Source: Andalucia godoyi And28 (taxonomy: Eukaryota > Protista > Jakobida). From it: 64,000 bases of DNA. The notes under the pieces are model-generated. The model saw nothing but the letters and a program-made list of their open reading frames with translations. It made no database searches and had not been told where the DNA came from. Positions 59,220-64,000 of the stretch are shown here, piece by piece. A program made the position numbers and the translations under genes. Location of the stretch: the NCBI GenBank assembly GCA_009859145.1, contig VRVR01000026.1, forward strand, positions 1 to 64,000, read 5' to 3'. Each line of letters opens with the position of its first letter. Position 1 is the first letter of the stretch.

Positions 59220-62200
59220 ATGTCTGCTCGTGGAACATCTGCAACCCGATCGTCGGCCCGTGGTCCTTCGCCCTACAGTCAAGGATCTTCGCGGCCTTCT
59301 TCGTCTGCGGGGAACCGCAGTGGATCAGCATCGCGGTCTTCAGCCAATCGACCGCAGTCCTCACTTGCTACGAGTTTGCCACCCTCAAATTCGGTGTCCC
59401 GACCGCAGTCTTCCCATGCGTCGAGCGGTGGAGCGACTGGTCGAACGAAAGACCGACCCAAAACGGCCAGTGGCTCGGCTGCCGGGTCTGGAAATCCTCC
59501 ATCGTACATGATGATGTCGTCTTCAGCATTAAACGATGCGATATACGGGGACCTGCACAAGCTGCGTCTTGATTCGATTGCGCAGCTGAGACGAAAAGAA
59601 ATCAGGAGGGAAGAAGAAGCAAGACGGAGATTGCAGCATGTGCTTGATTCGTACGACAATGGAGAAAATGACCCGAATGCTCATCCGCACCAACAGCAGG
59701 GTTCTTCTGCAGCTGGGAGCGGTTCGGCGTCCCCTGCGTCGAAATCGCACGTTTCAGGAAGCACTTCATCTCCCTCGCCAGTTGCGTCGCCGTCGCCCTC
59801 GTCAAGTCCCTCAAAACACGGTCAGCCGACATCTCCTTCGCAAGGCGATGAGATTTCGGCAAAGTCGTTGTTGGTAAATGACATTCGGCACTTGTGCCAG
59901 TTGCTGCACATGCCCAAGGCCGATGAAACGATCTACTGTCAGTATGCGACACCAGAGCTCCGTGATGTGCTGTATCGGCACAAGGAATGCACTCTCATTG
60001 TGCTACGATGGGTGGAGCAGCGAGAGCGTTTGTTGCGCGAGTGGGCCATGGTTCGGCTGGATGAAGCTCTGGATATGAACGGAAAGGACTCTGATGGAGA
60101 CTCGAGAGCCACTTCTCCGACGAATTCCTCCTCTGGCAGAACGCGGTCTCCTGTGCGAGGCGGGGCTTCTTCTCTCCTCAAGACGAAACGCCGCTCTTCT
60201 GGACAGACAAATGTGAATCCAAATTCGGCAATGGGAAAGATGCTTGCGCAGTTGCAGGAATCAACTGTGTTTGTGTGCGAGGCAGTGCAACAGTGGCGCA
60301 CAATGCTGACGCGTCCGTATGCGTTCTTGTACCAAGGATCGAACTATTTGGAAAAGATGTGCAACGAGCCGTATATTTTGCAAGGGTTTTTTGATTCCGA
60401 ACTGTTTGTTCCGAGACTGTCTGGTATCTCCATTGATCGTGTTCGGACCTGCCGGCATTATATGTCCAGAGAAGGAGATATGCATGAAGCCGTTGTCAAA
60501 TACAATGAGTCATTGTCTCGCGATGGGTTCTATGTGCCTGTTCTCAAAGAAGCCGCGTTCCTGTTGGAAGATGCTCTGTTGCTGGAACAGCATCATTTGG
60601 ATTCAAGACAGACGGAGGCGACAACGGCTGCCTCTTCGGATGCGCAACCGCAACCGCAACAGCAACCGCAACAGCAACAGCAGTCCCAAGGAACCGCCGC
60701 AACGGGTACGACGCCCATGGCCACGAAAACCTCCGGTCAAGATCCACACCCAACAGCTTCAACGTCTGCACAGTCACAGGATGGCGTGGAGGGCGCCAAG
60801 TCTTCCTCATCTTCAACAACTGCTGTTGCAGGTGGTCCCTCGAGTGGTTCTTCGAGCGCTGCTGGACCTCCGAAGACGGCAGATCATGATGCGTCCAAGC
60901 CTCCGACTTCGGAATCGGAGAAACAGTCCGCCCCTCCTCCTGCTGTTGCTGCTGCGCCTGTTCCTGTTTCCTCGTCGTCTAATGCCGCTCCATCCGACCA
61001 AGGAAAGTCTGACCCTGCCCCCGCAACTCAAGACCAGAAGCCGTCTCCTGTTGCTGCCGCGCCTGTTCCTGTGGCGGCTGCATCGGGATCCAGTGCACAA
61101 GCCACGCATTCTCCTACCTCTACTGCAGAACAGACGCAGACTACTTCTTCACCGGCCCATTCTTCAGATGCTCCGACAAGTCATGAAAGCGCGCCGTCGT
61201 CGGATTCCACGCCGGTTCCTGCATCATCATCGTCATCATCGTCATCATCATCCACGACCGTTGTTGCTTCAACACCTGTTCCTGCAGAGTCCAGTGCTGC
61301 AGCATCTTCCACAGGTTCCGTACGCGCGCCTTCTGCTAAATATTCACCGGATGTGGCAGCCACCAAAGTGCAGGCGACATACCGTGGCCATCAGTCCCGC
61401 GTGCGGGTCAACGGCATCCGAGAAGAGCGGTCTCGTGCTGCAACAGCAAAGATGCAGGCATCCTGCAATGATCAGGCAGTGGCACCAGTCGTTTCGCAGC
61501 CCGAGTCCGTTGCTGGGCAATCTGCTTCGCAAGAAACCGTGCCAGAGGTCCGTGCAGTGGACTCCGAACCCGCTCCCGTTCCCCAGCACACGCCAAGTTA
61601 TGCACAGCCGACGACATCGTCTTCTCGGAAAGGTAAGTATGAACCGGATGTTGCCGCCACGAAGATCCAGTCCTCTTTCAGAGGCCATCAAGACCGAAAG
61701 CGGGTGGCGGAGATCAGGCAATCACGCATTGCTGTTAAGCCACAGGCAGTGATTGTGCAGCAGCCCCCATCTGATCACCCGCACAGCTCACAAGACTCTG
61801 TGGTTCCGCCTGCGCTTTCGTTTTCTCCTGCAACGCCGCAACCTTCTCCGGAGCCTGCTAAGTCCCGTCCAAACAAGTTCAGCGAGGATGCTGCGGCGAC
61901 GAAGATTCAATCTTCTTATCGTGGACACCATGATCGCCAGCGGGTTGCCGATATCAAGGCAGCAAGATCTAGTGAGAAGTCGACTCCTCTTGGCGCTCCG
62001 TCGGAATCTGTTACCACGTCGTCAGACAGCATGCCCGTTGACTCGTCGTCCTCTTCTGCTTCTTCTGCTTCCTCTGCTGTTCTTGTTACCCCTCCTCCCC
62101 CTGCTTCCAAGTACGACGATGAACAAGCAGCCACGAAGATTCAATCTTCTTTCCGTGGTCATCAGGACCGGAAGAAGGTTGACGAACTGAAGAAGTCCAA

Positions 62201-63278
62201 TTCTCAGAGACCGCCCGAAGGACATGACTCTGTAACGGCGGGCGCTGCCTCACAGCCACAACCAGCAGGAGTACAGTCAGCGGAAGTGACGGCGGGGTCG
62301 ACACCACAACAGTCCCCTGTGGACGAACATTCGGCCGCCACGAAGATTCAGTCATCTTACCGAGGCCATCAGGACCGGAAGAAGGTTGACGAACTGAAGA
62401 AGTCGAGCGCCTCTCAGTCGACATTGAAGAACGAGACTGCTGTGGCCGCCTCTGTCTCGCAAGCGGATTCCGAACCATCGGCTGCGCAGGCAGAGCCTGC
62501 GTCTAACCATCTTCGACCACCGGTAGACGAACACATCGCCGCAACAAAGATCCAATCGTCGTATCGTGGCCACCAAGATCGGAAGAGGGTGGAGGAGATC
62601 AAGAAGACTCCGCGAGCTCCTGCTGCTGGCCCATTGCCTGCCGAGACTTCCGCATCTTCTCCGGTCGTAGAAGAGCACAATGAGACTGCCGCTGCCCCCA
62701 TTCCGTCCAAATATGCTGATGAAAGCGTCGCCGCGACCAAGATCCAGTCATCGTATCGTGGCCACCAAGATCGGAAGAGGGTGGAGGAGATCAAGAAATC
62801 GCCACAAAAGCCATCGTCAGATATCGCTCCTGTTCCGGCGGTGGCGCCCGTTTTAGAGACTGCCGCGGAAGCATCGCCCAGTACACCGTCAAAACATGGG
62901 GATGATGCTGCTGCTGCAACGAAGATTCAGTCATCATACCGTGGCCACCAGGATCGGAAGAGGGTGGAGGAGATGCGCAGGACCACTACTTCAACCAAAA
63001 GCGCGCTACCACAGGCTGAGCAAACAGAAGATCGCCCGGCGTCAATCGAGCAATCTGTTCCTGTTACTGGCGCCGAATCTGCGTTGACAACGTCTGTCGA
63101 GCCTCCTCGAGAACCTTCGAGAAAGTACCAAGACGAGAATGTTGCAGCCACCAAGATTCAGTCTTCCTACCGCGGTCATCAGGATCGGAAGAAAGTCGAG
63201 GAGCGTCGTGTGTCTGCCCGTTCTTCAAAGAATGGCCTCGAGTCGGAGTCGTCAGTTCCAAATGGAATGGCTGCCTAA
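59220..63278 (+). CDS. Large protein with nine widely spaced IQ calmodulin-binding motifs
   Basis: Nine copies of AATK[IV]Q[SA][ST][YF]RGH[QH] between about 61356 and 63190, separated by S/A/P-rich linkers; folded N-terminal region with QWR...YQGSNYLEKM. Confidence 0.85.
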   Translation: MSARGTSATRSSARGPSPYSQGSSRPSSSAGNRSGSASRSSANRPQSSLATSLPPSNSVSRPQSSHASSGGATGRTKDRPKTASGSAAGSGNPPSYMMMSSSALNDAIYGDLHKLRLDSIAQLRRKEIRREEEARRRLQHVLDSYDNGENDPNAHPHQQQGSSAAGSGSASPASKSHVSGSTSSPSPVASPSPSSSPSKHGQPTSPSQGDEISAKSLLVNDIRHLCQLLHMPKADETIYCQYATPELRDVLYRHKECTLIVLRWVEQRERLLREWAMVRLDEALDMNGKDSDGDSRATSPTNSSSGRTRSPVRGGASSLLKTKRRSSGQTNVNPNSAMGKMLAQLQESTVFVCEAVQQWRTMLTRPYAFLYQGSNYLEKMCNEPYILQGFFDSELFVPRLSGISIDRVRTCRHYMSREGDMHEAVVKYNESLSRDGFYVPVLKEAAFLLEDALLLEQHHLDSRQTEATTAASSDAQPQPQQQPQQQQQSQGTAATGTTPMATKTSGQDPHPTASTSAQSQDGVEGAKSSSSSTTAVAGGPSSGSSSAAGPPKTADHDASKPPTSESEKQSAPPPAVAAAPVPVSSSSNAAPSDQGKSDPAPATQDQKPSPVAAAPVPVAAASGSSAQATHSPTSTAEQTQTTSSPAHSSDAPTSHESAPSSDSTPVPASSSSSSSSSSTTVVASTPVPAESSAAASSTGSVRAPSAKYSPDVAATKVQATYRGHQSRVRVNGIREERSRAATAKMQASCNDQAVAPVVSQPESVAGQSASQETVPEVRAVDSEPAPVPQHTPSYAQPTTSSSRKGKYEPDVAATKIQSSFRGHQDRKRVAEIRQSRIAVKPQAVIVQQPPSDHPHSSQDSVVPPALSFSPATPQPSPEPAKSRPNKFSEDAAATKIQSSYRGHHDRQRVADIKAARSSEKSTPLGAPSESVTTSSDSMPVDSSSSSASSASSAVLVTPPPPASKYDDEQAATKIQSSFRGHQDRKKVDELKKSNSQRPPEGHDSVTAGAASQPQPAGVQSAEVTAGSTPQQSPVDEHSAATKIQSSYRGHQDRKKVDELKKSSASQSTLKNETAVAASVSQADSEPSAAQAEPASNHLRPPVDEHIAATKIQSSYRGHQDRKRVEEIKKTPRAPAAGPLPAETSASSPVVEEHNETAAAPIPSKYADESVAATKIQSSYRGHQDRKRVEEIKKSPQKPSSDIAPVPAVAPVLETAAEASPSTPSKHGDDAAAATKIQSSYRGHQDRKRVEEMRRTTTSTKSALPQAEQTEDRPASIEQSVPVTGAESALTTSVEPPREPSRKYQDENVAATKIQSSYRGHQDRKKVEERRVSARSSKNGLESESSVPNGMAA

Positions 63279-63306
63279 AAAAATCCTTGGAGTAATCGTC
63301 GTCGTT

Positions 63307-63328
63307 CTTCTCTCTCTCTCTCTCTCTC

Positions 63329-63380
<52 letters not shown>
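63307..63380. repeat. (CT)n(TG)n compound microsatellite
   Basis: Directly visible. Confidence 0.92.
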
Positions 63381-63381
<1 letters not shown>

Positions 63382-63465
63382 CTCCCTCTCTGTGGAAATG
63401 ATGTCGTTTGTATAGTATTTCTTCCCTTTTCTTTTTCTTTTTTGATGCAGTGCACACGAAAACCA

Positions 63466-64000
63466 TTATCTCCGTCGACATAAAGCCTCCAATTCCTTTG
63501 CACCCTGTTCTTCCGAACCCGAAAATAGGATGGTATTAGTCCCAAGGACATCTTTTGCCGAGGACAGCCGGCCAATGCGTCCTGTGCGATGCAGAAAGTC
63601 CTCAGCGCTTCGTGGAAAATCAAAATGTACAACGTGATTGACGTAGAATGTGTCCAAGCCCCGTGCAAAGACGTCAGTGGCGACAATCCATCGGGCCTTG
63701 TCCGACTTACATGCTTGGTAGTGCTCCCAGCGCTTGTCTGGAGGAATGCCACCGTGAAGCGACACAATTCCTCCTGCAGCACTCAACTCCGGGATTGCTT
63801 CGTGAAGCGCATATTCGATGGCTCGTGCAGAATCAATGGAATTGCAGAACACCAAGTATCTCCCATCCTTTGGAATCATGGACACAGACTTTGACTTTTT
63901 GCACAACACATCGAGCAGCAATGCAATTCGATCCTGCGCACCCAATCGTCTAAATTCGTGCTGAATGCCCTTTGGAACACTGTAGAGTTGAGGATCCATC
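63466..64000 (-). CDS. DEAD-box RNA helicase, C-terminal domain (partial, continues beyond the window)
   Basis: LVFCNS, LHGG, VATDVFARGLD and HRTGRIGR (motifs IV-VI). Confidence 0.88.
   Translation of the reverse strand, partial: MDPQLYSVPKGIQHEFRRLGAQDRIALLLDVLCKKSKSVSMIPKDGRYLVFCNSIDSARAIEYALHEAIPELSAAGGIVSLHGGIPPDKRWEHYQACKSDKARWIVATDVFARGLDTFYVNHVVHFDFPRSAEDFLHRTGRIGRLSSAKDVLGTNTILFSGSEEQGAKELEALCRRR

Noticed and set aside
60319-61752. 477-aa alternative-frame ORF
   Set aside because: By-product of the S/A/P-biased codons of the IQ gene.
61356-63190. Regularly spaced DNA repeats considered as a CRISPR-like array
   Set aside because: The repeats are in-frame IQ motifs with synonymous variation inside one ORF, and the spacers are 150-250 bp of coding linker.

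Overview
Gene-dense, nearly intron-free eukaryotic DNA, probably from a flagellated protist (TMEM138, SKA2 and an RWP-RK gene are present; the species cannot be identified from sequence). About 30 genes use the standard code. Recognisable ones include NAA25, CEBPZ/MAK21, COG7, dCTP deaminase, TMEM138, SKA2, UVSSA, POP7, PP1, ACY1, a kinesin, SF3A1, PGGT1B, thiolase, RPF1, TCTP, RRN7, UPF2, a 9-IQ protein and a partial DEAD-box helicase. They are separated by short microsatellite-rich spacers. The main unannotated signal is a dispersed set of Fanzor2-type (eukaryotic TnpB-derived, RNA-guided nuclease) elements, all intergenic. (i) A frameshifted, near full-length pseudogene at about 39.2-40.7 kb (minus strand) retains recognisable HTH, RuvC-I, bridge helix, RuvC-II region, Zn finger and RuvC-III. 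(ii) Two related mini-elements at 27.3-27.8 and 47.5-47.9 kb fuse the HTH directly to RuvC-III. (iii) Two 3'-end copies of a second subfamily lie at 22.7-22.9 and 40.7-40.9 kb. (iv) Two weaker 5'-end fragments lie at 10.8-11.2 and 32.4-33.0 kb. Four right ends (27.7, 47.8, 22.7, 40.8 kb) share a three-hairpin candidate omegaRNA scaffold. All five right ends terminate in CG, and four left junctions read CCG, which predicts a CCG TAM and specific guides. No transposase and no intact Fanzor ORF were seen in the window. All assignments come from reading motifs by eye; no database search was run.
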